64,000 bases of DNA from an uncultured Spirochaetales bacterium (GCA_964442285.1 CAYTZH010000009.1:64985-128984), one strand, 5' to 3'; shown: positions 8,270 through 16,939, counted from the stretch's first letter. The notes: a model not told the origin generated them from the sequence alone. Numbers and translations: made by a program.

Positions 8270-9835
8270 ATGCCTACGATACCCTGCCGGCCAGCCCGGG
8301 TCAGGCGGGAGCGGTCCCGGCTCCCCCGGGCCGGAGGATCCGCATTGCGCGATTTCCGGCGACACGCAGCCGCAGTCCCGACGGGCCTCGTGGTGGCCCT
8401 GGCCCTGGCCGCCGCCGGGTGCGCAGACGAGGCCCCCACGTCGGCGGAGGCACCGCGGGCGGAGGCAGCGGCCGGAGAAGCGGCCGCGCCGGCGATGCGC
8501 AAGCCCCCCGCGCCCTCCCCGGCGATGCGCAAGCCCCCGGCGCCCTCGCCCCACACGCCGCTCCCGGTCCCTCCGCCCGCCAGCGAGCGGGACGCCGCGC
8601 TCGACCGCCTCGCCGCCGAGGTGGAGCCCCAGGTCATCGCCTGGCGCCGCGACATCCACCGCCATCCCGAGCTCTCCAACCGCGAGTTCCGCACCGCCGC
8701 CCTGGTCGCCGACGAGCTGGAGCGACTCGGCCTGGAGGTGCGGCGCGAGATCGCCCACACGGGCGTGGTCGGCCTGCTGCGGGGCGGCCTACCGGGGCCC
8801 ACGGTGGCGCTGCGCGCGGACATGGACGCCCTGCCGGTCCGCGAGGAGACGGGCCTGCCCTTTGCGTCCGAGGAGCGCACCACCTACCTCGGCCGCGACG
8901 TGGGCGTGATGCACGCTTGCGGCCACGACGCCCACGTGGCCATCCTGCTGGGCGTGGCCCGGGTGCTCACCGCGCTGCGGGCGGAGCTCCCGGGAGACGT
9001 GCTCCTGCTCTTCCAGCCCGCCGAGGAGGGAGCCCCCGCCGGCGAGGAGGGCGGCGCGGAGCTCATGCTCGCGGAGGGCGTCTTCGACGACCCGGAGCCC
9101 GTCGCCGTCTTCGGTCTCCACGTGGTCCCCCAGCACGCGGTGGGAGAGATCGGCTACCGGGCGGGGGGCGCCATGGCGAGCTCCGACCGGCTGCGCATCC
9201 TGGTGAAGGGACGTCAGACCCACGCGGCCTATCCGTGGTTCGGCGTCGATCCGATCGCGGCCGCCGCGCGGATCGTGCTCGCCCTGCACGCGATCCCTGC
9301 ACGGGTCGTCGATGCCCGCATCGGCTCGGTGGTCTCGATCGGCGCCATCCACGGAGGCGTCCGCAACAACATCATCCCCGACCAGGTGGAGCTGCTCGGC
9401 ACCATCCGCTCCCTGGACCCGGAGCTCCGCGGTCAGCTCCACCAGCGCGTGCGCGAGACCGCCGAGAAGACGGCCGAGGCGTCGGGCGCCCGGGCCGAGG
9501 TCGAAATCTCCCTCGGCTACCCGGTGACGGTGAACGATCCGGACCTGGTCGCCGCCAGCCTGCCCACCCTGCGGCGCGTGGCCGGCGAGGAGGCCGTCGT
9601 GCGGGCGCCGGCCCGCACCGGCGCCGAGGACTTCTCCTTCCTGGCCGCCCGGGTGCCCGGCTTCTACTTCTGGCTCGGCATCCGTCCCCCGGGCGTCTCC
9701 GCGGAGGACGCGGCCCCCAACCACTCGCCGCGCTTCGTCGTGGACGAGGGCGCGTTGGTGCTCGGGGTCCGGGCCCTGGGCCACCTGGCCTTCGACGCCC
9801 TCGAAGCGGCCCGCACGGCGCCGTCGGGCGGGTAG
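8270..9835 (+). CDS. M20D-family amidohydrolase (N-acyl-amino-acid / hippurate hydrolase-like), probable lipoprotein
   Basis: Motifs 'IHRHPELSNREF', 'ALRADMDALPV' and 'MHACGHDAH'. Lipobox 'LAAAGC'. The start is uncertain; in-frame TTG 8345 would leave a more realistic divergent intergenic gap. Confidence 0.85.
   Translation: MPTIPCRPARVRRERSRLPRAGGSALRDFRRHAAAVPTGLVVALALAAAGCADEAPTSAEAPRAEAAAGEAAAPAMRKPPAPSPAMRKPPAPSPHTPLPVPPPASERDAALDRLAAEVEPQVIAWRRDIHRHPELSNREFRTAALVADELERLGLEVRREIAHTGVVGLLRGGLPGPTVALRADMDALPVREETGLPFASEERTTYLGRDVGVMHACGHDAHVAILLGVARVLTALRAELPGDVLLLFQPAEEGAPAGEEGGAELMLAEGVFDDPEPVAVFGLHVVPQHAVGEIGYRAGGAMASSDRLRILVKGRQTHAAYPWFGVDPIAAAARIVLALHAIPARVVDARIGSVVSIGAIHGGVRNNIIPDQVELLGTIRSLDPELRGQLHQRVRETAEKTAEASGARAEVEISLGYPVTVNDPDLVAASLPTLRRVAGEEAVVRAPARTGAEDFSFLAARVPGFYFWLGIRPPGVSAEDAAPNHSPRFVVDEGALVLGVRALGHLAFDALEAARTAPSGG
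8491..8550 (+). repeat. 2 x 30-nt in-frame tandem duplication inside the M20 gene linker (AMRKPPAPSP x2)
   Basis: 'ggcgatgcgcaagccccccgcgccctcccc' is followed by a near-identical copy. Confidence 0.9.
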
Positions 9836-9844
9836 AATGGCCCC

Positions 9845-12220
9845 GTGAACGAGGCGGCAGCTCGGCGCGACGAGCCTCCCTGGCCCACCGGGTCGACCTC
9901 CCGGACCGTCTTCCTGCTCGACGCGTCGAGCAGCCTGGAGGCGGGACTGCTGCGGGACTGGATCGCGCGCCACCGCCCCCCCGACCTGCCCGAGTCCGCG
10001 GTGGAGACGATCGCGCTGCCCCCGTCCCGCGTCCGCCGACGCCGGGGGCTCGACCCCCGGCTCGAGGAGACCGTCGCTGGCGGCGAGGACGTGCTGCTGG
10101 CGCCGCTGCGCGTGGCCTGGCTGCCGGCGCGGGTGGACGGCGTGCGGGCCGCCCGCTGGCGCGACCTGCTCACCCTGGGCGACCCCCGCGATCCCGGCCC
10201 GCTGCGCGCCCGCTGGACCCTCTCTCGTCACCCGGACCGCTGCCGCGTGGTGGCCGGCGAGCCCGCGCCGGTCTCGGAGCTGCGCGGGCGCTGGCGGGAG
10301 GCGGGCGGCGTCGAGGCCACCATGGGCCTGGCCGAGTTCGTGGCGCGCCAGGCGGCCCTGGCCCTGGAGCGCGCCGAGCGCCGCCTCCGCGGCGCGCGCT
10401 ACAAGGTCCCGCGCTTCGTGCGCGAGGACATCCTCGCGCGCCCGGCGGTGCGCGCGGGGCTCACCGCGCTCGCCCGCGAGCGGGGCGAGCCCGAGGCGCG
10501 GCTGCTGAAGGCCGGGGCCCGGTACCTCGCCGAGATCGCCGCCGCCCACAGCCACTTCGTGATCGACCTGGCGGCGTCGCTCATCCGCCTCCTCTACACC
10601 CAGGGCTACGGCGAGTCGCTGCGGGTGGACCGGCGCCAGCTCGAGGGCATCGCGGCCGTCGGCCAGCGACATCCCCTCGTGTTCCTCCCCTCCCACAAGT
10701 CCAACCTCGACCACCTGGTCCTGCAGTACGCCCTCTACGAGAGCGGGCTTCCGCCCAACCACACGGCCGGCGGGATCAACATGAACTTCTTCCCCGTGGG
10801 TCCCCTCGTCCGACGCAGCGGCGTGTTCTTCATCCGGCGCAGCTTCAAGGACAACTCCCTCTACAAGTTCGTGCTGCGCCAGTACGTCGACTATCTGATC
10901 GAGAAGCGCTTCTCCCTCGAGTGGTACGTGGAGGGGGGGCGCTCGCGCTCCGGCAAGCTGCTGCCGCCCCGCTTCGGCCTGCTCGCCTACGTGGTGGATG
11001 CCTGGCGGCGCGGCAAGGCGGAGAACGTCTACCTGGTGCCCGTCTCGATCGCGTACGACCAGATCTCCGACGTGGAGGACTACGCCGCCGAGCAGCAGGG
11101 CGGCGCCAAGCAGAAGGAGAGCTTCGGCTGGTTCGTCGGCGTGATCCGGCGCATGCGCCGGCGCTATGGCGACATCCACATCCGCTTCGGACAGCCCCTG
11201 TCCCTGGCCTCCGCCCTCGGCCGGGAGGAGCTGGTGTCCGAGCTCGACGCCGACCAGCCGGAGCTGGCGGTCCAGAAGCTGGCCTTCGAGGTCTGCGTGC
11301 GCATCAACCGGGCCACGCCGATCACGCCCACCTCGTTCGTGACCCTCACCCTCCTGGGCACGGGCGACCGCGCCCTCACCGTCGAGCAGATCGGCCTCGC
11401 CATGGGCAACCTGCTGGAGGACGTGCGGCGCCGGAAGCTGCCCACCACCCGGGAGCTCGAGGACCTGGAGACGCCCGACGGCATCCGCCGGGCCCTGGGC
11501 GCCCTCCAGGAGAGCGGGGTGGTGTCGTGTTTCGACGAGGGGCCGGAGGCCGTCTACGCCATCGAGCGCGACCGCCACCACACCGCGGCCTACTACCGCA
11601 ACGCGATCATCCACTTCTTCGTGACCGGCGCGATCGCCGAGCTGGCCCTGCTGCGCGCGGCCGAGCGCGAGGTGGAGGACCCGCCGGCCGAGTTCTGGGA
11701 GGAGGCCATGCGCCTCCGGGACCTGCTCAAGTTCGAGTTCTTCTTCGCGGAGAAGGAGCGCTTCCGGGAAGAGCTCCGCGCCGAGCTGTCGCTCCAGCAC
11801 CCGGACTGGGAGCGGCGGGTGGCCTCGGGGCCGCGCGAGATCGGCCCCCTGCTGCAGTCCCTGCGGCCCCTCAACGCCCACCGCGTGCTGCGCCCCTTCC
11901 TCGACGCCTACGACGTGGTGGCCGACGCCCTGGCCCGACGTCCCGCCGGCGCCGCGCTGGAGCGGGGACCGCTGATCGAGGAGTGCCTGGTGCTCGGGAA
12001 GCAGTACCTGCTCCAGCGACGCACCCGCAGCCCGGAGTCCATCTCGAAGCCGCTGTTCGAGACGGCGCTACGGCTCGCGGAGAACCGCGGGCTGCTCGCC
12101 GACGATCCCGCGGTGCCGGAGCGGCGTCGCGCGTTCGCGGCGGAGCTTCGCGCGGCGATCGGCCGCGTCGACGTGGTCGACGCCATCGCCGCCGCCCGGC
12201 GCGCTGCCCTCCTCAGCTAG
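9845..12220 (+). CDS. plsB: Glycerol-3-phosphate 1-O-acyltransferase
   Basis: 791 aa (PlsB size). HX4D box 'LPSHKSNLDHLVLQY', plus 'FFIRRSF' and 'EGGRSRSGKLL'. Confidence 0.9.
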   Translation: MNEAAARRDEPPWPTGSTSRTVFLLDASSSLEAGLLRDWIARHRPPDLPESAVETIALPPSRVRRRRGLDPRLEETVAGGEDVLLAPLRVAWLPARVDGVRAARWRDLLTLGDPRDPGPLRARWTLSRHPDRCRVVAGEPAPVSELRGRWREAGGVEATMGLAEFVARQAALALERAERRLRGARYKVPRFVREDILARPAVRAGLTALARERGEPEARLLKAGARYLAEIAAAHSHFVIDLAASLIRLLYTQGYGESLRVDRRQLEGIAAVGQRHPLVFLPSHKSNLDHLVLQYALYESGLPPNHTAGGINMNFFPVGPLVRRSGVFFIRRSFKDNSLYKFVLRQYVDYLIEKRFSLEWYVEGGRSRSGKLLPPRFGLLAYVVDAWRRGKAENVYLVPVSIAYDQISDVEDYAAEQQGGAKQKESFGWFVGVIRRMRRRYGDIHIRFGQPLSLASALGREELVSELDADQPELAVQKLAFEVCVRINRATPITPTSFVTLTLLGTGDRALTVEQIGLAMGNLLEDVRRRKLPTTRELEDLETPDGIRRALGALQESGVVSCFDEGPEAVYAIERDRHHTAAYYRNAIIHFFVTGAIAELALLRAAEREVEDPPAEFWEEAMRLRDLLKFEFFFAEKERFREELRAELSLQHPDWERRVASGPREIGPLLQSLRPLNAHRVLRPFLDAYDVVADALARRPAGAALERGPLIEECLVLGKQYLLQRRTRSPESISKPLFETALRLAENRGLLADDPAVPERRRAFAAELRAAIGRVDVVDAIAAARRAALLS

Positions 12221-13185
12221 ACGTGGTTCCGGAGCATGAGCTCCTTCGGGTGCGGCTCCAGGTAGGTCTGGCCCTGGAGGTAGTCCACCTCCTGAGCGCG
12301 GACGTGGTGGCGGATCAGGGTGAGCGGGACCACCAGCGGGACCAGGCCCGCCCGGTAGTCCTCGATGATCCCCAGGATCTCCCGCCGGTCGCCGTCGTCG
12401 AGGAGCTTCCGGAAGTGGCCGATCATGTGGTGCATGGCGTTGACGTGGCGCCGGGGCGTCGCGCGCCGGGCGAGTGCCTCCATGAAGCCACGCAGGTAGG
12501 CGTCGCGCAGCTCGGCGGCAGCAAGGCCCTTGGCCTCGGCCACCAGGCGGCCCAGGGCACGGTAGTGCTCGGGGGCGTGGGCCATGAGCTGGAGCTTGTG
12601 GGCCGTGTGGAAACGCACCAGGTCGCCCTGTCGCCAGCGCCCGTGGAACAGGTCCCGCACCCGTCGGTACGCGAAGATCCGCTCGATGAAGTTCTCCCGC
12701 AGCACGGGATCGTTGAGACGGCCCTCCTCCTCGACCGGCAGCTGTGGGAAGCGCTCGAGCAGGGCCGCGGCGAACAGACCTCGGCCCTTGCGCTCCGGCG
12801 GCCCGCCGGCGGCCGGGTAGAGCCGCACCCGCTCCATCCCGCAGCTCGGCGAGTCCTTCTTCAGGACGTAGCCGCAGAGGTCCAGGTCTCCGAGGGCAGC
12901 GAGCCGCTTCCGGGACCAGGTCTGCATGGCGCGGGTGTGGTCGCTGCCGCTGCGCTCGGCGCGCATCCGCACGTCGTCGCCGTCGCGGACCAGGCGCACG
13001 CTCTCGCGGGGAATCCCCATCCCCACCTCGACCTCGGGGCACACGGCCACCCATTCCACGAACGGGCCGAGAATGTCGGTCAGGAAGCGGTCGCGCTTGT
13101 GGCCGCCGTCGAAGCGCACCTCGCGACCGAGCAGGCAGGAGGAGATCCCGAGGCGAAGCGAGGACTGGCGGGACTCGGGGCGCAC
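12217..13185 (-). CDS. ybgA: YbgA-type fusion protein (DUF523 / TudS-like domain + DUF1722)
   Basis: 322 aa. N-terminal 'LGISSCLLG...VCPEVE...SPSCG' is the Cys pattern of DUF523. C-terminal 'LMAHAPEHYRALGRLVA...HVNAMHHMIGHF' is DUF1722-like. Located next to a photolyase, as in E. coli ybgA-phr. Confidence 0.85.
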   Translation of the reverse strand: MRPESRQSSLRLGISSCLLGREVRFDGGHKRDRFLTDILGPFVEWVAVCPEVEVGMGIPRESVRLVRDGDDVRMRAERSGSDHTRAMQTWSRKRLAALGDLDLCGYVLKKDSPSCGMERVRLYPAAGGPPERKGRGLFAAALLERFPQLPVEEEGRLNDPVLRENFIERIFAYRRVRDLFHGRWRQGDLVRFHTAHKLQLMAHAPEHYRALGRLVAEAKGLAAAELRDAYLRGFMEALARRATPRRHVNAMHHMIGHFRKLLDDGDRREILGIIEDYRAGLVPLVVPLTLIRHHVRAQEVDYLQGQTYLEPHPKELMLRNHV

Positions 13186-13337
13186 GTCGAGATTCTAGCG
13201 CGCAACGAAGAAGCGCGGGCCGATTCGCCCCCCGTCGCCAGCGCCCCTTTGCGACGGATTTCGGATCGACCCGCGCGAACCGTGTCCTTCGAAAGCGAAG
13301 ATGAATGCTCTCCCGCCTTCGTCAAGGGCGTCCCGGC

Positions 13338-14405
13338 CTACACGACGATTCCGTCGTGATCGCAGAGTGCCGCCAGCAGGCTCTCGAGCGCCGCCCGCGC
13401 CCGGCCCGCCCCCTCGTGCAGCCGGCGGTGCAGCGCCGCATCTCCGGGATCGCGGCTCTCGCAGTGCGCCGAGTACGCCTCGAAGGCTGCCAGGCTGCTG
13501 ACCAGGGCCGAGAGATGGTTGGGGCACTCGCAGTCGACACCCGAGGTTATCTCCGCGAGGCGGGCCAGCTGCGCGTCCTCGAAGAGCCGCTCGGGAACCG
13601 GCTGCGGCTCGGCCTCGTTGGATGCGGTGCCTGCCGTCCGGCGGCGCGCCCACTCGAACATGACGAGATCGAAGAGGGTCCGGCGCAGGACCTCCAGCCG
13701 CACGGGAGCACGCACGAGCTTGGCCCCACGGCTGCCGAGCCGGGCCAGGAGCTCGCGGCGCGCGAAGGTGTACACGATCACGGCGACCGCCTCGCCGGCG
13801 GCGGCGAGGAGAGCGTCTACGGTCGCCAGCGGATCCGGACCCAGGGCATCGAGCTCGACCAGCAGCAGGGAGCAGGGCTGGAAGCGGAGCGCCTCGCGGA
13901 GCTCCTCCGGCTGCGCCGCGTCCAGGGCGAGGTCGAAGCCGGCCAGACCATGCGGATTTGCCGTCAGCTGCGCCCGGATGCCCGGTGCGAGCAGCGCCAG
14001 TCGGCGGGCCCTCACGTCTGCGCCGGCGCCGGCGTTCACGTCTGCGCCGGAGCCGGCGTTCACGTCGGCGCCCGCGCTGGCGTTCGCATCGGCGTCGCGG
14101 TCAGGCTTTGCGGGCTGCCGCCCCAGGCCGAGGCCCGCCAGCCGCTCGAGCCGCGAGCGCAGCTCTTCGTCGGAGAGCAACGCCGCGGTGCGAATGGGCT
14201 CTCCGCACTCGGTCAGCGCCTTGAGCAGCTGCAGGCGCACCACGTCCATGTCGTCGTACAGACGCGTGCCGCCCGGCGTCCGACGCGGACGCACGGCGCC
14301 GTGGCGTCGCTCCCAGGCGCGGATCGTGTGGGGATCGAGGCCGGTCAGGCTGGCGACGGTCCCGATCTGATAGCCGTCCACGTCGACGGCGGCCTGCTCG
14401 CTCAT
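13338..14405 (-). CDS. MerR-family regulator, CarH/LitR paralog without B12-ligand motifs and with a Cys/His-rich C-terminal module
   Basis: ATG 14405 follows the SD 'gggagga' and overlaps the photolyase stop as ATGA. The HTH 'IRAWERRHGAVRPRRTPGGTRLY..DVVRLQLL' is nearly identical to the CarH-like protein at 16019. No W-x9-EH or E/D-x-H-x-x-G motif is present. The C-terminus carries 'CECPNH...HC...CDH'. Confidence 0.8.
   Translation of the reverse strand: MSEQAAVDVDGYQIGTVASLTGLDPHTIRAWERRHGAVRPRRTPGGTRLYDDMDVVRLQLLKALTECGEPIRTAALLSDEELRSRLERLAGLGLGRQPAKPDRDADANASAGADVNAGSGADVNAGAGADVRARRLALLAPGIRAQLTANPHGLAGFDLALDAAQPEELREALRFQPCSLLLVELDALGPDPLATVDALLAAAGEAVAVIVYTFARRELLARLGSRGAKLVRAPVRLEVLRRTLFDLVMFEWARRRTAGTASNEAEPQPVPERLFEDAQLARLAEITSGVDCECPNHLSALVSSLAAFEAYSAHCESRDPGDAALHRRLHEGAGRARAALESLLAALCDHDGIVV
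14013..14084 (-). repeat. 3 x 24-nt in-frame tandem repeat encoding the (NAGxGADV)n linker of the MerR paralog
   Basis: The unit 'cacgtctgcgccggcgccggcgtt' is repeated with a few substitutions. Confidence 0.85.
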
Positions 14406-15844
14406 CGCTTCCTCCCGGATGCTCGGGGCCGCTCGGCGGCGGCACGGCTCCTCAGTGCTTCGAACCGCGCGAGCGCGCGCTGGCGCGCCCAGGCGTGGTC
14501 GACGATCGGTTGCGGATAGTCCGGCGCGGCCATCGGCGCGTCCCAGGGGCGGTGCGCCGACTTCCCCCCCAGCGCGGCGAGCTCGGGAATCCAGCGACGC
14601 ACGTAGTCGCCGTCCGGGTCGAAGCGCTCGCCCTGGAGGGTCGGGTTGAAGATCCGGAAGTACGGCTGGGCATCGGTGCCGGTGGACGCGGCCCACTGCC
14701 AGCCGCCGTTGTTGCTGGCGAGATCACCGTCGACGAGATGGCGGTAGAAGAAGTCCTCTCCGCGACGCCAGTCGACCAGCAGGTCCTTGGTGAGGAAGCT
14801 CGCCGCGATCATGCGCACCCGGTTGTGCACCCATCCGGTCGCCGCCAGCTGTCGCATCCCGGCGTCCACGATCGGGTAGCCCGTGCGGCCCTCGCACCAT
14901 GCCGCAAAGCCCTCGGGATCGTCCTCCCAGGCGAGGTCGTCGTACTCCCGCCGGTAGGATTGGTGCCGCACCCGCGGATGCTCGGCGAGCAGCGCGTTGT
15001 AGAACTCGCGCCAGATGAGCTCGTCGACCCACTTCTGCACGCCGTGCTGGGCGCCGGGCTCCTCGACGGCGAGGGTTTCGGCGGCCTCGATGCAGTCCCG
15101 CACCGACAGCATGCCGAAGCGCAGGTAGGGAGACAGCCGCGAGGTGGCGTCGAGCGCCGGGTAGTCCCGACGCTCGGCGTATCTGGCGACGTCGCGCGCG
15201 AGGAAGCTCCGCAGGCGTCGCCGCGCGGCCGCCTCGCCCGCCGGGGGCAGGTCGGGCATCGCGACCGAGTCCGCAGGGCGCGCGGCGGCCGCCGGAAGGT
15301 CGTCGCTGGCCAGGCTCGGAATCGGCGCCGGAAGGCGCGAGGCGCGCACCGGGAGCTCGGGATCCCGAAGCCAGCGAGCCCTCCAGGCCTTCCGGTAGGG
15401 GGAATAGACGGCGTAGGGGCGTCCGGAGGCTGAGCAGACTTCGCGGCTCTCGAATACGACGCGGTCCTTCCAGGTCTCCACCCGCGCTCCAGCCTTCTCG
15501 ACGGCTGCGCGCACCCGCTCGTCGCGCGCTGCGGCGAAGGGGCCGTAGTCGCGGTTGAAGCCCACCACGTCGGCGCGAGACTCGTCCACCAGACGCGGCA
15601 GTACGTCCTCGGGCCGCCCCCGGCGCACGATCAGGGAGGATCCCCGCTCTGCGAGATCCGCGGCGAGGCGGGCGACGCCCTCGAGGAGGAAGCGCGTGCG
15701 TGCCGTGCCGCTTCGGTCGCCGTCGAGCAGCCGCGGGTCGAGGATGTAGACCGGCGCGAGCGCTTCGCTGCGCGCTGCGAGGCGCTCGAGGCCGCGGTTG
15801 TCTCGCAGGCGCAGGTCGCTGCGTATCCAGAAGAGGGTGCGCAT
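14402..15844 (-). CDS. phrB: Deoxyribodipyrimidine (CPD) photolyase, class I type
   Basis: 480 aa. Contains 'LFWIRSDLRLRDN', 'WREFY' and 'DGDLASNNGGWQWAASTGTDAQPYFRIFNP'. Confidence 0.92.
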   Translation of the reverse strand: MRTLFWIRSDLRLRDNRGLERLAARSEALAPVYILDPRLLDGDRSGTARTRFLLEGVARLAADLAERGSSLIVRRGRPEDVLPRLVDESRADVVGFNRDYGPFAAARDERVRAAVEKAGARVETWKDRVVFESREVCSASGRPYAVYSPYRKAWRARWLRDPELPVRASRLPAPIPSLASDDLPAAAARPADSVAMPDLPPAGEAAARRRLRSFLARDVARYAERRDYPALDATSRLSPYLRFGMLSVRDCIEAAETLAVEEPGAQHGVQKWVDELIWREFYNALLAEHPRVRHQSYRREYDDLAWEDDPEGFAAWCEGRTGYPIVDAGMRQLAATGWVHNRVRMIAASFLTKDLLVDWRRGEDFFYRHLVDGDLASNNGGWQWAASTGTDAQPYFRIFNPTLQGERFDPDGDYVRRWIPELAALGGKSAHRPWDAPMAAPDYPQPIVDHAWARQRALARFEALRSRAAAERPRASGRKR

Positions 15845-15963
15845 GGGTCAGCCGGATCCGGATCCGGCCTCCGGGGAGATCGCGGACGCGCCGGAGTGCC
15901 TGGGCGTGCCGTACATTCCCGAGTCGTCGTAGTGATCCGGCCGCAGATTCCTCACACCTGGAA

Positions 15964-15990
15964 CTTGACAGGAGACCGGATCCCGTCAAG
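15964..15990. promoter_or_regulatory. Imperfect 27-bp palindrome with back-to-back TTGAC(-35-like) boxes in the phr / carH divergent intergenic region
   Basis: 'CTTGACAGGA gaccgga TCCCGTCAAG' is a 10-bp inverted repeat with 1 mismatch. It reads TTGACA toward carH and TTGACG toward phr. It is flanked by 11-mers that fit nAnnTnnACAn (15961-15971 plus strand, 16004-15994 minus strand). Confidence 0.35.
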
Positions 15991-16018
15991 GCTCTGTCTA
16001 GATTTGGGGAGATCCTCA

Positions 16019-16939
16019 ATGAAACGAGCCGTGGGGGGAGATGTGGACCGCGATGAGGCGGGCTCCGAGCCGAGCTACCCGCTGGGCGTCGTCGTGCGAA
16101 TGACGGGGCTCTCGGAGCACGTGATCCGGGCCTGGGAGCGACGTTATGGGGCCGTGAGCCCTGTCCGGACGCCCGGTGGCACGCGGCGCTACACGGAGCA
16201 GGACGTGGCGCGGCTCCAGCTTCTGCGCAAGGCCGTCGACGCGGGACACCGGATCGGGGACATCGCGCGCCTCTCGGACGAGGCGCTTCAGGCGCAGGTC
16301 GGCCCGGTCTCGGATCCCGGCCCCGCAACGCCCCTCGACGAGATCCGTCAGGCGGTCGACAGCCTCGACGCCCGGGCCCTCGAAGCGCAGCTGGGGCTCC
16401 AGCTCAGCCTGCTGGGGCCGGTCCCCTTCGCCCGCCGGGTGGCCGTGCCGCTGCTGAGCGAGCTGGGCGAGCGCTGGGCGCGCGGTGAGCTGTCCGTCGC
16501 CGCGGAGCACCTGGTGACCAGCACCACCCGCAGCCTGTTCGGGATGGCGCTCCACGCGGGGTCCCGAACCGATGGTGCGCCGCGCGTGCTCCTCGCGACG
16601 CCCGCGGGCGAGCGCCACGAGTTCGGCCTGCTCGTGGCGGCGCTGACGGTCATGGGCGCGGGCGGAGACGTCGTGTATCTGGGGCCGGACCTGCCGGCCG
16701 AGGAGGTGGCGGCGGCAGCGGGGCAGACCGGCGCGGCCGCGGTGGGTCTCAGTATCGTCAACCTCTCGTCCGGCGAGGCTCGTCGCTACGTCCGCGATCT
16801 CCGGCGCCGACTCCCCGAAGCCACCGCCCTGTGGGTGGGTGGCTCCGCGGCGGGCGACGTCGATGCCGCGGATCGCCTCGACCTCGAGGGTCTGGAGCGG
16901 CGGGTGGGCCTGCTCCTGCAGCAGGGCGGGCACCGCTGA
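16019..16939 (+). CDS. carH: CarH/LitR-type AdoB12-dependent light-sensing MerR-family repressor
   Basis: ATG 16019. MerR HTH, then 'WARGELSVAAEH' (W-x9-EH) and 'GERHEFGLL' (E-x-H-x-x-G) followed by a Rossmann-like B12-binding domain. Confidence 0.85.
   Translation: MKRAVGGDVDRDEAGSEPSYPLGVVVRMTGLSEHVIRAWERRYGAVSPVRTPGGTRRYTEQDVARLQLLRKAVDAGHRIGDIARLSDEALQAQVGPVSDPGPATPLDEIRQAVDSLDARALEAQLGLQLSLLGPVPFARRVAVPLLSELGERWARGELSVAAEHLVTSTTRSLFGMALHAGSRTDGAPRVLLATPAGERHEFGLLVAALTVMGAGGDVVYLGPDLPAEEVAAAAGQTGAAAVGLSIVNLSSGEARRYVRDLRRRLPEATALWVGGSAAGDVDAADRLDLEGLERRVGLLLQQGGHR

Noticed and set aside
7930-13359. 1809-aa ORF and similar giant ORFs (8789-11881, 16786-19518, 26194-28704, 33152-36472, 36367-40584, 42725-46081, 42793-46107, 51874-55227)
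   Set aside because: Their translations are Arg/Gly/Pro/Ala low-complexity strings with no motifs. They run antisense or out of frame across several clearly recognisable genes. This is typical of stop-codon-poor shadow frames in very GC-rich DNA.
15853-15870. 'ccggatccggatccgg' hexamer repeat next to the photolyase start
   Set aside because: It has only about 2.5 copies of a 6-mer. It is not repeated elsewhere in the island and no function can be argued from the sequence.
15896-16018. Longer CarH ORF starting at 15896 ('MPGRAVHSRVVVV...')
   Set aside because: The extension covers the palindromic control region and has non-protein-like composition. ATG 16019 leaves a normal MerR N-terminus.
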